64,000 nt of DNA, taken from IMG/VR virus record IMGVR_UViG_3300036852_000239, positions 3,172-67,171 of that record. The stretch is one strand, 5' to 3'. The DNA comes from a virus. The translations under genes were made by a program, and so were the position numbers. Below are positions 17,828 to 27,678 of this stretch, in pieces (the stretch's first letter is position 1; the number at the start of each line of letters is the position of its first letter). A model generated the notes under the pieces. It did no database searches. It saw nothing but the letters and a program-made list of their open reading frames with translations, and was not told the origin of the DNA.

Positions 17828-18311
17828 CTTCGACCACCGCCTTGAACTCGGCGACGATCGCGGCGACCATCTCACGCCTATCCCACGGGCCGATCTCCGG
17901 CTGAAGCTTCTCGACCACCTCGGCGAACGCCTTCCACATCTGCGAGGTCTCGTCGTCGAGCAGGGCGTAGACACCCTCCCAGTACGCATCGAGTTGGTTC
18001 TCCACCGCGCGGTCAATCGCCATCTGCTCAAGGTCTGGATCGCCCTCGTCGTTGCGGGACAGCGACTCCAGGACGGTTCCGTGCGAGCACTGGCCGAACT
18101 GGTCGCGGTGCTCTGCCTCCCACTCCGCGTGAGAGATCAGCTCGACAAACACGCCCTCGTCTCGTGCCGCGCGGACCTTCACGGCCGTGTCGAACGCCTC
18201 GAACCAGGCGCTTGGCTCCGTCGGGTGATGCTCTTGGGTCATCACCGAAAACGAGCAGCCGCACGAATAGCGGAACAGCCAGTGCATACGCGGAATCTCA
18301 GGCGTCGGCAT
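17820..18311 (-). CDS. Hypothetical protein
   Basis: MPTPEIPRMHW...; coupled ORF. Confidence 0.55.
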   Translation of the reverse strand: MPTPEIPRMHWLFRYSCGCSFSVMTQEHHPTEPSAWFEAFDTAVKVRAARDEGVFVELISHAEWEAEHRDQFGQCSHGTVLESLSRNDEGDPDLEQMAIDRAVENQLDAYWEGVYALLDDETSQMWKAFAEVVEKLQPEIGPWDRREMVAAIVAEFKAVVEDA

Positions 18312-18861
18312 CCCGACCACCCGCCTCGGGGACACGAACCCACGGCCCGACACGGCGAGTTCTTAGTGACAGATCCCGGTTGTGGGCCACGCTGGTGCGC
18401 GCATCTTCCTCGTCCCACGCCTTCAGAACCCGGCCGTCGTAAGCGCGGCACATGCCCCACTCGATCTTGTCTCGGTCGTAGGCCGACTCCCGGCCAGCCT
18501 GGAACGCCGAGGAGAACTTCTGTGGCAGCACCCCGACACTGACCAGTCCATCGGCGACGATCCGAGCCCCGTGCACTCGTAGCGCACCACCGCCCCAGAA
18601 CAAGTCGGTGTCGTCGCTGTCGTCGGGCCGGTAGAGGACGTGCGACAGGCGCTTGTCATGGCACTCGATCCAGGTCTCAACCTCAGAAAACTGGCCGTCA
18701 CGCTCGGGCGACTCCCACCGCAGGTGCCACGCATCGTCCTCGTTGGGTGCACCGAGGTAGTCACGGCTCTCTGGCTGGTACTCGCGCTTGAACGTCCACC
18801 CGTTGGCGCGTCTCCACTCGATTAGCTTGCGCAACAAGCCGAACTCTTCAGTCGTCAGCAT
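18298..18861 (-). CDS. Hypothetical protein
   Basis: MLTTEEFGLL...; coupled ORF. Confidence 0.55.
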   Translation of the reverse strand: MLTTEEFGLLRKLIEWRRANGWTFKREYQPESRDYLGAPNEDDAWHLRWESPERDGQFSEVETWIECHDKRLSHVLYRPDDSDDTDLFWGGGALRVHGARIVADGLVSVGVLPQKFSSAFQAGRESAYDRDKIEWGMCRAYDGRVLKAWDEEDARTSVAHNRDLSLRTRRVGPWVRVPEAGGRDADA

Positions 18862-19138
18862 TGGCCATCTCCCATTGCTCCTCAGGGCACGTCTCACACA
18901 GACAGCAGCAGTCACACAGGGTGCATTCGCGGCAGTCAGCCCAGCACCGGCATGTGTTCTCCATGACGTACGGCGGCTCGTCCAGCCAGACCACGCTCAT
19001 CGGCGGCACCCCCGCTTCAACAAGCCGACTCCCACAACCTCCACGGCAATCTCCACCAGCGGATCGCACAGAATCGCCAACGCCTCAACCTCCTCGGCCA
19101 GACGCGCCGGAAACACCTCGATGGGCTCGTTGAGCCAG

Positions 19139-19411
19139 TCATGCATCGGGAACCACCCCTCCCGCTGCGAGAAGCAGCTGCGTCCTTCGGTACGGCTGCT
19201 TGCACGAGTCGCATCGCGGCAACCCGTGCTCCCAGCCCAACTTGTCCCAGTCGCGGCCGTGGTAGCGGCAGGCCAGGGACTCGTGCGACATGGCGACGAT
19301 CACCGCACGCTCCAGGCGGTTCAACCGGGCCAGCACCGCCACACCCCCCGGATGATCGCCGAACCCCAGCGGTGGGCCTACATACGAATCAGCAGACGAC
19401 ATCGGGCTCAT
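19139..19411 (-). CDS. Hypothetical Zn-binding protein
   Basis: CRYH...CDSC. Confidence 0.5.
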   Translation of the reverse strand: MSPMSSADSYVGPPLGFGDHPGGVAVLARLNRLERAVIVAMSHESLACRYHGRDWDKLGWEHGLPRCDSCKQPYRRTQLLLAAGGVVPDA

Positions 19412-19644
19412 GCGGCACCTCCCGATATCAAACCGTCACGGACACCGATCGCCGCCGCGTGTGCCCGGTTTCGGGCAGGCAACAGCAGATAGATTTCCTG
19501 GATGCGGTCCTTGACGAAGTAGTAGTCCAACTCCATCTCCTCGGCGATCTCCTTATCGCTGAAGCCCTTCGCGATGAAATGCAGGATGTCCACATGCTGC
19601 TGGGTGATGCAGCGTTCCTTGGGCTTCGGCCCGCGCTTGCCCAT
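19408..19644 (-). CDS. LuxR/GerE-family HTH protein
   Basis: ITQQHVDILHFIAKGFSDKEIAEEM...NRAHAA. Confidence 0.85.
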   Translation of the reverse strand: MGKRGPKPKERCITQQHVDILHFIAKGFSDKEIAEEMELDYYFVKDRIQEIYLLLPARNRAHAAAIGVRDGLISGGAA

Positions 19645-20003
19645 CAGACGTTCACCGCCTTCAGGAACTCGATCGCGGCGTCCTTCGACGGGAACCGGCC
19701 CGGCTGGCCGCCGTTCACGTCAGTGCGGACCGCGAACCACACCTGCGGGTCGTCGACAGCCGGACCCCACACAGCGCCCTCCTTGACGCCGTTGCGCATC
19801 CGCAGCACCGACGAGCCCTGGTCCACGAACACGACCGGGTTGAGGATCGCGTCAACATCCGATCGCCGGAAACGAGCATGACCGCCAGGGGTACGAATCG
19901 ACGGGATACGGCCCGCCTGCGCCCACCTGGACACCGTTTTCGGGTCCACACGCAGCAGCCGCGCAAGTTCGCAGGGCTTCAACAGGTCAGAAAGGCTGTC
20001 CAT
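19644..20003 (-). CDS. bldC: BldC-family (MerR-like) DNA-binding protein with C-terminal extension
   Basis: LLKPCELARLLRVDPKTVSRWAQAGRIPSIRTPGGHARF closely follows the BldC pattern. Confidence 0.8.
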   Translation of the reverse strand: MDSLSDLLKPCELARLLRVDPKTVSRWAQAGRIPSIRTPGGHARFRRSDVDAILNPVVFVDQGSSVLRMRNGVKEGAVWGPAVDDPQVWFAVRTDVNGGQPGRFPSKDAAIEFLKAVNV

Positions 20004-20493
20004 CGGGTTCCTCTCGTAGCGCTGGGATGGCGACTGCTTCGCCGTCATTGGTGAGCAGGGAGCTGCCCCTTGCGAGGTCCACAGGAATCTCGGCCGAGTC
20101 TTCAGTGGAAAGGATCAGGAATCCGGCCAGTCGCGCCTGCGCTATCTCCGAGTGGCAGGCGCCATGGCAGCCGGAAGTCCCATGGCCACAAAGCGCGACG
20201 AGGTTCGACAGCCGGTTATCGCCGCCTTGGCTGCGCCGCTTGCGATGGTGAATCGAGTACTCGATGCCACGCCGGCCGTGCAGCTCGTCGCCGCACGACT
20301 CGCATCTTCCGTCCGCGCGCTTCAGTACAGCCTTGACCGTCGCCTCGTCCGGGCCCGTGTCGGCGGGCCGCTTCGGCTTCGCCTGTGTTCTCGGCTGGCC
20401 CGGCTTGTCCAGCGAGGACCGGGGCGTGTGGCCGTTGAACTGCGCGAGACGCTTCGAGGAGATCTTTGCGATCTCGGTACGCCGCAACGTCAT
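19987..20493 (-). CDS. HNH endonuclease
   Basis: CESC...HHRKRRSQGGDNRLSNLVALC...GCH. Confidence 0.85.
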   Translation of the reverse strand: MTLRRTEIAKISSKRLAQFNGHTPRSSLDKPGQPRTQAKPKRPADTGPDEATVKAVLKRADGRCESCGDELHGRRGIEYSIHHRKRRSQGGDNRLSNLVALCGHGTSGCHGACHSEIAQARLAGFLILSTEDSAEIPVDLARGSSLLTNDGEAVAIPALREEPDGQPF

Positions 20494-20714
20494 CGGTCCA
20501 CCGCCGGAACAAGCACCAGGTCGTAGCCCAGCGCCTGCGCCCACTCCCGCGCATTACTCAGTGACGGGTCGTGCCTGCCTGCCTCCCATTGCCACACCAG
20601 CTGAGGCGACCGACGTCCCATCAGTTGGGCAACGGCTTGCAGCGACAGGCCACGCTCCCGGCGTGCGGCACGCAGTGCGGCGGCGAGCGGGTCGAGTACC
20701 TCTTTCACGGCCAC
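20490..20714 (-). CDS. XRE-family HTH protein
   Basis: LRAARRERGLSLQAVA...WEAGRHDPS. Confidence 0.85.
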   Translation of the reverse strand: MAVKEVLDPLAAALRAARRERGLSLQAVAQLMGRRSPQLVWQWEAGRHDPSLSNAREWAQALGYDLVLVPAVDR

Positions 20715-21277
20715 ACCTCGCGGTAGCGTCCCGAGCCTGGCTGGGCTCGTTCGGCCTCAAGGCGTTCGATCTCCAGTCGGTCGCGTTCGGCTTGTTCCTC
20801 CAGGCGTTTGACGGAGGAGCGGAGGGATTCGACCTGGGCGACGAGTTGCCCAACCTCCGAGAGCTCCAGCCGGGTGAGCTTCTCGTTTTGGACCGCGATC
20901 AGCTTGGATTGGGCCCGGCCGTTGTCCCGTTCGGCACCCAAGTCTTTGGTCAGCCCCTCGATCTGCCGGGCCTGGTCCTCGATCTGGCCTTTCTGCTGCC
21001 AGATCGTGGCGCCGGCCTCCAGCAGCTGCCGGTTCACACCGTCCAACTCGCCCAAGACTCGGGCCTTTTCGGCCAGCACCGGGCGCAGCCGGTCGGTCAC
21101 GTCCCGGTTGTGGTCCCGCAGCCGTCCGATTTCCCGCTCGGCGGCGGTGAACCGTCCTTCGAGCTCGGCGATGCGCACCCCGCGGGCCGCATAGTCGGCG
21201 ACCAGATCGTTCGGGGCCCGCCAGCTCGGTGTTGGCTCGACACGCTGCCGGGGTTTACGCCACGTCCAGCTCATCAA
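20705..21277 (-). CDS. Coiled-coil protein
   Basis: Long heptad-rich helix. Confidence 0.6.
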   Translation of the reverse strand: MMSWTWRKPRQRVEPTPSWRAPNDLVADYAARGVRIAELEGRFTAAEREIGRLRDHNRDVTDRLRPVLAEKARVLGELDGVNRQLLEAGATIWQQKGQIEDQARQIEGLTKDLGAERDNGRAQSKLIAVQNEKLTRLELSEVGQLVAQVESLRSSVKRLEEQAERDRLEIERLEAERAQPGSGRYREVWP

Positions 21278-22563
21278 GCACCTGCCCTAACTGGCTCACC
21301 GGAGCGGCACCCGTAGGGTGAGCAGCCGTCCGGGTCGCCAAACTCTTCGACGTCGAACAGCCCCAACTGCTGCCCGCGCCGCTCCGACTGACTCAGGCGG
21401 TCGATCGGTGCCTGGTCCAACGGGACACGAGAGGCGTGCAGGTACCGCTGGCTGGCCATGCCCGGCGCGGTTCGAAACTCAGCATCGAAGGCCACCGCGT
21501 CTTCCCACTCTGATGCCTGGAACCCGAGGCATGAGCACATGTAGTTGCCGTATTTGTTTGCCGGGCTCAGAATTCGGCAGGCTCCACGCTCGGTGTCGCT
21601 GATGTGGAAGTGCGAGTCGCGGTGGTGCCCGCACTCACAGGTGTCGCGCAGCTCCCGCCATTGGGCGTTGCCGTGAAATGGACAACCAACGCACGCCGAC
21701 TTCACCACATGGTCCCAGCCCCGCGACTCCAGCCAGCGCAGGCAGTCGTCGCGACTCATGCCCAACCCCAGCAGCGGATACTGCGGGGTGATGTACGGCG
21801 GGAACCGGTTGTCGTTGACCCGGCTGGCCTCATCGTTGGAAAACCCGATCCACTGCACCGCAGTGGCGCCGGCCGGAACCGGGCCAACCAGATTCCGTGT
21901 CCCACTCCCACGACAAACCGAGCATGGGCCGAGACCTGCGTCGGCATCCCACGGCGGAACACGGGAGCCCGCGGCGTCACAGAACCGGCATGGCACCTGA
22001 CGCACCTCGGCGCCGAGAAGCTGGCGGATCTCCCGCTCGATCGGCTCAACCTTGTAACGGCCAGTGCACCTACGCGAGCCCATGCCTTTGACACGGCGCC
22101 ACTCAACGTGGCTGCGGACCACGGTGATGCCCCTGGAATCACAGCCTTCACATGGCAGCGGCTTGACGGGAGGCGTCAGGCCATCCTCGTCATCCGCGAG
22201 GTCGTCGAGATCGGCTAAGGCCTCGTGGTAGGCATCCCAGCCACACCACGCCGGACACGGCCTCGACTCGTCAATTACCACCTCGCGCCGCAGCGGACCC
22301 AGCGTGAAGTACGGAATGCCAGCCTGAGTATGGGGACTCAACACGTCATCGCGCAGGTTGCCACGTGAAACCCGATGCAGCGGTATACCGGCCTCGTCGA
22401 GCGCCTTTCCTAGCCGGTTGAGGTGGTCGTAGACCCGCTTCGGTTCCCACCCGGTGTCGGCGAAGATGGCCGCGTCTGGCTTGGGGAGCACGCCCTCGAC
22501 AGCCATCAGCGCCAGCGTCGTGGACTGCACCCCGGCGCCGAGGCTGAGCACGGTGATCCTCAT
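21274..22563 (-). CDS. PAPS-reductase-like / adenine-nucleotide alpha-hydrolase with Zn-finger inserts
   Basis: PP-loop SLGAGVQST, FADTGWE, CT..YK, YPLL, KSACVGCPFH. Confidence 0.8.
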   Translation of the reverse strand: MRITVLSLGAGVQSTTLALMAVEGVLPKPDAAIFADTGWEPKRVYDHLNRLGKALDEAGIPLHRVSRGNLRDDVLSPHTQAGIPYFTLGPLRREVVIDESRPCPAWCGWDAYHEALADLDDLADDEDGLTPPVKPLPCEGCDSRGITVVRSHVEWRRVKGMGSRRCTGRYKVEPIEREIRQLLGAEVRQVPCRFCDAAGSRVPPWDADAGLGPCSVCRGSGTRNLVGPVPAGATAVQWIGFSNDEASRVNDNRFPPYITPQYPLLGLGMSRDDCLRWLESRGWDHVVKSACVGCPFHGNAQWRELRDTCECGHHRDSHFHISDTERGACRILSPANKYGNYMCSCLGFQASEWEDAVAFDAEFRTAPGMASQRYLHASRVPLDQAPIDRLSQSERRGQQLGLFDVEEFGDPDGCSPYGCRSGEPVRAGA

Positions 22564-22654
22564 CGTGGCCACCATCCCCAGCGCAGAGTGGGCCAGCAGG
22601 CAGCGCAGAGGATCGTCGCGATCCCAAGTGCCACAAGCCCAACAGCGATGTTCA

Positions 22655-23134
22655 TCACGACGGCCCGCCCGCCTTGACGGCCGCGCGCTGGCGGATCAGG
22701 TCCACGAAATGTTCGTTGCATAGCGCCCACTCCGAGCGCCTCTCGCGGATCAGCGCGATCGCCTCATCCGCACCGTGGCCGAGCGCCAGTAGCACCAGCG
22801 CCACCACCAAGCCACTGCGGTTGTAGCCAGCCTGGCAGCGCACCAGCACCTTGCGTTCCGCCTCCAGTGCTATCAGCACCCGGTCAACAGCCTCGGCGAC
22901 AAGGCGGCGATCGTCGGCGTTAAGCAGCCCATCCGGGATCCGGCAGCGCCAGTGCGGGACGCCTGCATCGGGTCCGGTGTCCCATTTGGGGTGCATCGAG
23001 ACGACCAGGCCGAATTCGTTGGTAGGTATCGCGTCCTCGATCTCGAAGAGCCTCTGGTCGCGGTCGAAGTAGAGCCCGCCCTGCCACAGGTTCGGGATGA
23101 TCTCGTTCCAGGGGTCTTTGGCCCACGGGATCAT
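22655..23134 (-). CDS. Dual-specificity protein phosphatase
   Basis: CX5R motif VRCQAGYNRSG; upstream IPD loop. Confidence 0.88.
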   Translation of the reverse strand: MIPWAKDPWNEIIPNLWQGGLYFDRDQRLFEIEDAIPTNEFGLVVSMHPKWDTGPDAGVPHWRCRIPDGLLNADDRRLVAEAVDRVLIALEAERKVLVRCQAGYNRSGLVVALVLLALGHGADEAIALIRERRSEWALCNEHFVDLIRQRAAVKAGGPS

Positions 23135-23346
23135 CGGCGGGCCCCCCGCTCCTTGAGGGTCCTTTCGTTGCGGGCCTTGACCTTCGCCTTGACATCGGCC
23201 AGCTTCCTGCCCGCCCACCGTGACCCAGCGCCGGTCCAGGCGATCAGGTCCGGGGTCAGCAGGTACAGGCCGATCAACGCCAGCACCACCACGCCGCCGA
23301 TCGCGGCCCACTCCAGTTGGTCTTCTGCTCTATCGGGGAAGCTCAT
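23131..23346 (-). CDS. Small membrane protein
   Basis: One TM helix. Confidence 0.55.
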   Translation of the reverse strand: MSFPDRAEDQLEWAAIGGVVVLALIGLYLLTPDLIAWTGAGSRWAGRKLADVKAKVKARNERTLKERGARR

Positions 23347-23852
23347 GAGGTCCTCGCAGTCAGGTTCTGTTCGGCGCGGATCCGCTTGATCCGCTCGCCG
23401 AGCTCTTTCGGGGTGACGACCGGCATGCGTGTCGGCCGTAGGCGCGGCAGGATCCCGCGCGGCTGATAGGTGTTGGGCCAGCCGGACCTGTCCGTCATCG
23501 ATTTCACGGTGGCGAGCTCTTCATCGGTCCAATCCGGAGGGTTCTGCACCGGCACCATTGCGGCGCCGATCCTCTGCCGCATGTCGGTGATGACGCTGAG
23601 CGCGTTGAACTTGGCCTTGTCGGCCGAGGCCACCAACGGCCGCATGTCGATGGCCACCGTCGGCTCCGTGACGCAGTCGATGTTGTGCCACAGATGCTCG
23701 GCCCGCTTCTCCGACTGTTTCGCATCGGCCAGCCGCCGGCGCACCACAAACCACGTCACCAACCCGGCCGGTGCTATCAGCGTCAGCACAACCAACGCCC
23801 ACGGCAGGGCAGGCTTAGCCGTCTCCAACCATCGGGACAGTTCCTCAGCCAT
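23343..23852 (-). CDS. Membrane-anchored hypothetical protein
   Basis: N-terminal TM helix. Confidence 0.55.
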   Translation of the reverse strand: MAEELSRWLETAKPALPWALVVLTLIAPAGLVTWFVVRRRLADAKQSEKRAEHLWHNIDCVTEPTVAIDMRPLVASADKAKFNALSVITDMRQRIGAAMVPVQNPPDWTDEELATVKSMTDRSGWPNTYQPRGILPRLRPTRMPVVTPKELGERIKRIRAEQNLTARTS

Positions 23853-24067
23853 CGGTGCGCTCCTCCCGGATCGTGGTGGGCCACTTCAAACCGACGTCGG
23901 CCTGCCAGTGCTCCCAGCTTTTGGCCCACACGGCGTTGACCTCGTCCACGGTCAGCTCGTGGAGCGGCTCGGGAGCGTTCTGCTTCCTGTTCAGGCGGCG
24001 GTGCAGCCAAGCGCACCCGGCGATGCACAAGCCGATCCCGCCGGGGAAACCGAGCAGGAACAACAGA

Positions 24068-24529
24068 TCAGGAGACATGACCCACCTCCACCGCCGACTG
24101 TCGGCGCACCTGGGCGACCCGCTCCCGCGCGCACTGGCGGCAGTGCCGCCGCCCGGTCGCATCCACGTAGGTGTTCGCGTAGTCGTAGAGGTGCATCTGC
24201 GGGCAGTGGGTCTTGGAGGCGTTCCCGCTCTTCGGGCGCGGCTCCAACGCCTGCGACCGCGGCGGTTTATGCCCGAGGCGCCGCTCCCTGTCGGTCAGCC
24301 CGGCCCAAATCCCGAACTCGCCCCGACCAACGGCATCCCGATAGCAGTCGTCGATCACCGGACAGCCGCGACACACAGCTTTCGCCGCCTCGACCGTGAC
24401 GTAGTCGGTGTCCCCGATCGGGAACCACATCTCCGGGTCGTAATCGCGGCAGGCGGCACGCGCCTCCCAGGATTCATCCCGGTCGGTGCCCAGCCCGTAC
24501 TGGGTCGTGTTGGAGCGGTGGTGTCTCAT
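24068..24529 (-). CDS. whiB: WhiB-family transcription factor with C-terminal Zn module
   Basis: AAC...DPEMWFP...AKAVCRGCPVIDDC...GIWAG; tail KTHCPQMH...CRQC. Confidence 0.9.
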   Translation of the reverse strand: MRHHRSNTTQYGLGTDRDESWEARAACRDYDPEMWFPIGDTDYVTVEAAKAVCRGCPVIDDCYRDAVGRGEFGIWAGLTDRERRLGHKPPRSQALEPRPKSGNASKTHCPQMHLYDYANTYVDATGRRHCRQCARERVAQVRRQSAVEVGHVS

Positions 24530-24919
24530 GACAGACCGCCCTGCGCCCTGTGTGCCTGGCGGAAACACACGATCGCCCGAAGCCCGGCGACCACCAAGGC
24601 CGTCAGCGCTGCGAGTGAACCCACCAAACCAGCCAACCCTTGCGGCCGCACCAGATTGGCCAACAGCACCGGGATGAAGGCGGTGAACAGCCCCGCCCAG
24701 AAGCAGCCTCGGCGACGCCACGACCGAGCATCAACCTGCGTCATCGGGTCACCTCCGGTCCGATCCCGCGCAGCACATCGCGCAGGTCCGCGCCGTCCAC
24801 CAGCAACTGACGGCGCGCATCCGGCCAACCCAACAGTGAGCAGTTGCGCTCGGCCCGGTCGAGGCGCGCCGTCAGCTCGGGCAGGCGCTTGCCGACGTTG
24901 AGGGTTCGCGTCACGGTGC

Positions 24920-25366
24920 TCATGCCGACGCTCCAACCGGCTCGGAACGGTCGGCCAGCAGCGGCATACAGCGCCACTCGACGATCTCGACCTCTTCGGT
25001 CACCTCAACCTCAGGCACAGCAGCGAGCGCCTCAGGGTCCTTGACCTTCTTCGTCTCGGTCTTGGTGCCGACAACGACGCGCTCGCACACCTCTTCCCGC
25101 TCGGTGTACACCTGGATCGTGATCGGTCCGAAGATCAGCAACGCGCCCGCGTAGTCCCCATGCAGGTACTTGTCGACCTTCGCTCCGGCGCGCAGTGCCG
25201 CCCTGACGGCGGTAACGACAGACTCGCGGTCATCGACAGGAGCCAGCATGCGGGCCAGGGCGTACCGCAGGTCCTTCATCAGCGGCCCGTCCGGGTTGGT
25301 CTCGACCATGTCGGCGAGGGCTCGCAGGCCTTCGGCGTATTCGGTAGCCTTGGTCTCAGTGGTCAT
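24920..25366 (-). CDS. Hypothetical phage protein
   Basis: AEGLRALAD...REEVCERVVVGT...VEWRC; AAGGAAAGGAA RBS. Confidence 0.7.
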   Translation of the reverse strand: MTTETKATEYAEGLRALADMVETNPDGPLMKDLRYALARMLAPVDDRESVVTAVRAALRAGAKVDKYLHGDYAGALLIFGPITIQVYTEREEVCERVVVGTKTETKKVKDPEALAAVPEVEVTEEVEIVEWRCMPLLADRSEPVGASA

Positions 25367-25449
25367 CGGAAGGTTCCTTTCCTTTGATCCCATGGGCTCC
25401 GGTTGCGTCGGAGCCCTTCTTCTTTGCCTTGCAACGTCTTTGAGTTGTC

Positions 25450-25747
25450 GTCCCGGGGCCGTGTCGCCCGACCCCGGGACTGCCACACCCGACCCAGAAC
25501 CCCCTTGTGGGTCTGGGCCCCTCCGCCTTGGCCGGCGGAAGCTTCCTTGTGGGCCCGGCGGCGGTTAGCGGCTCACCGCCGGACCCCTTCTCCCCATCGG
25601 GAACCCGACTTCGGTTCCCGGGCCACCCACTCAAACCGCCACCCTCGAGACGGGAGCCAGGTGATAGGCGGTCTGCCGCGCCGGGGAGGCTCCACGGCAG
25701 ACCGGTTTGCAGCTGCGGGCACGGACGCGATGGCACTCACCCGCAGC
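25450..25747 (-). ncRNA. Candidate structured RNA or leader: seven tandem hairpins in a 387-nt intergenic gap
   Basis: Stems at 25450-80, 25493-517, 25522-39, 25560-80, 25598-620, 25669-704 and 25712-47. Confidence 0.4.
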
Positions 25748-25753
25748 GCGTCT

Positions 25754-26575
25754 TTATGTCTCCGACCTCCACCAGGAAGGCAGTTTCTTGCCACCACGAC
25801 CGGCGTTATTGATCTCGACAGCAGCAGCAGCGACACAGTGGTTACGCGGGTTGCCGGTCTGCTTGCGCAGGTTCTCCGCCTTGCCCAGCAGCGCGTTGAC
25901 ACCACCGTGCGCCTTGGCCAGCTTGGCCACGAGCTGCTTGTCGTCCAGGTCGCCGTTGTAGCGGTGGCACAACAAGCCGATCCCGTCGATGACCGCCGCC
26001 TCCAGGCCCGGATCCCCGAACGCATCGCGGATGATCAGCAAAGTGCGGGCCAGGGTCTGCGGGCCGCCGGTGCGGTAGACCCGCATCAACGTCCCCACGG
26101 CACCGATCGCCCCGTCGCCCTTGTCCTGCGAGACACGCAGCATGCACTCCCGCACAACCCGGTCGACCTCAGTCTCATCCGGCCGTCCGGCCTGCACCCC
26201 GACACGGAACTTGGCGAATGCATGCACCGTCAAGGTGTCGTTGAGCTTGAGGAAGATCTCAGCCTCTTCCTCTTCGGTCAGGCCCTCATACATCCAGCAC
26301 TGGACGCTTTGGGACTCCCAGTCATCACCGAGCCAGCTCTTCAAAGCCTCCAGCCGGTGCTGCCCGTCGATCACCCAGTAGTGGCTGGCGCGGAAGTTCA
26401 CGGTGGGCGAGCCGAGCTGCTCCGGGTCGAACTCTTCGGCGAGCCTGAACACCCGCGATTCGTTGAGGTCCCGCTGCGCCAGCGGGTTGACCTTCACCAG
26501 GTTCAGCGGGATCCATTCCAGGCGAGCGGTACGCTCAACCTTTTTCCCTCCGGCGGGACCTTGGGTAGACTTCAC
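25754..26575 (-). CDS. ParB/Srx-like domain protein
   Basis: QRDL...FDPEQLG...WVIDGQHR...EEEAEIF. Confidence 0.8.
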   Translation of the reverse strand: MKSTQGPAGGKKVERTARLEWIPLNLVKVNPLAQRDLNESRVFRLAEEFDPEQLGSPTVNFRASHYWVIDGQHRLEALKSWLGDDWESQSVQCWMYEGLTEEEEAEIFLKLNDTLTVHAFAKFRVGVQAGRPDETEVDRVVRECMLRVSQDKGDGAIGAVGTLMRVYRTGGPQTLARTLLIIRDAFGDPGLEAAVIDGIGLLCHRYNGDLDDKQLVAKLAKAHGGVNALLGKAENLRKQTGNPRNHCVAAAAVEINNAGRGGKKLPSWWRSET

Positions 26576-27678
26576 GAGGCTTTCTCCTTCAATTGCCTGA
26601 CAAGCCGGTTGAGCGTCCGGATTGATGTGGTGATGGAAGAGGCCCAGCCGTCGATTTCGGCGGGGTCCAGGTCGTTGATGTTGACGAGTTGGACCCCCAT
26701 GGCCAGCCCGTCCAGTGCGATCGCGGTCTCCCGCACAACCCGGTTCGAGTCGATGCTTTTGCGGGTCCGCACGCCCAGCGCCTCGTCGGCCGGAATCGTG
26801 ATCCCTTGCTTCTTCGCCGCCACGCGAAGGGTCGCCGCGCTTGAATAGCCGAGAGTCTTGGCGATTTGCTCGGAAGTGTGGCCGCTGTTCGCGAGCTCGC
26901 GCATCCTGTCGAAACGTTCGACGCCCGGCCTCTTTGGTTCATCCGGCTGCGACTCAACTGGAGGCTCGGCTAGGACTGCCCGCTTGACTTCCTGCGCTTC
27001 GCGTTTGGCGCGCAGCTGGCGACGTAGATCACGTGCCGGACGCGCGATGGCCCCAGTGCGGTCCATCTCGGCGAGCGCTTTGCGAGCTAGTTCGCGCTCC
27101 TCTTCGCTGGCATCGGTGTCGGTGGCGGCTCGATGCGCAAAGTGCAGTTCGCTGTAGGTGCGGCCAGACATTCCGAGGGCCTCGCCGACAACATGGCGCG
27201 TCTTGTTGTGGTCCGATCCGGGCTCTCCGACATCACTTGTGGTACGCGTACCCTGAGTGTGCGAGGGTCGGCCCGGAGCCGTTCCTCCATGCTCGCGCTG
27301 GCGCGTTTTCGCTGACTCTGCCTCAATCTCGTACAGCGCCGCACCAAGCGATCCCAACTCCGATGGCCGCATCTCCTGGCGGCAGAGGTTCTCGTCCCGC
27401 TCTGCGCGCAGCAGCTTGGCTGCGTCGTCGAGAGAGTCCACGAACCGCACTGGCACCTGCGACCAGCCCAGCAGCCGACACGCCTCCAGCCGACGCTGAC
27501 CAGCCACCAGCCGACCGTCGCGAGTGAGGGTGATCGGGTTGAGCAGGTCCACGTCCTGGATCGACAGAGCTAACTCGCGCAGGTCGCCGAGATCCTTGCG
27601 GTGTCGCCCTGCCACTTTGATCGCCTCAATGCTCACGAACGCGTCGATGGCGGTCGGCGAGATCAGCGTATGTGTCAT
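26572..27678 (-). CDS. ParB N-terminal domain protein with HTH
   Basis: LLNPI...LVAGQRRLEA...ENLCR. Confidence 0.85.
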   Translation of the reverse strand: MTHTLISPTAIDAFVSIEAIKVAGRHRKDLGDLRELALSIQDVDLLNPITLTRDGRLVAGQRRLEACRLLGWSQVPVRFVDSLDDAAKLLRAERDENLCRQEMRPSELGSLGAALYEIEAESAKTRQREHGGTAPGRPSHTQGTRTTSDVGEPGSDHNKTRHVVGEALGMSGRTYSELHFAHRAATDTDASEEERELARKALAEMDRTGAIARPARDLRRQLRAKREAQEVKRAVLAEPPVESQPDEPKRPGVERFDRMRELANSGHTSEQIAKTLGYSSAATLRVAAKKQGITIPADEALGVRTRKSIDSNRVVRETAIALDGLAMGVQLVNINDLDPAEIDGWASSITTSIRTLNRLVRQLKEKAS

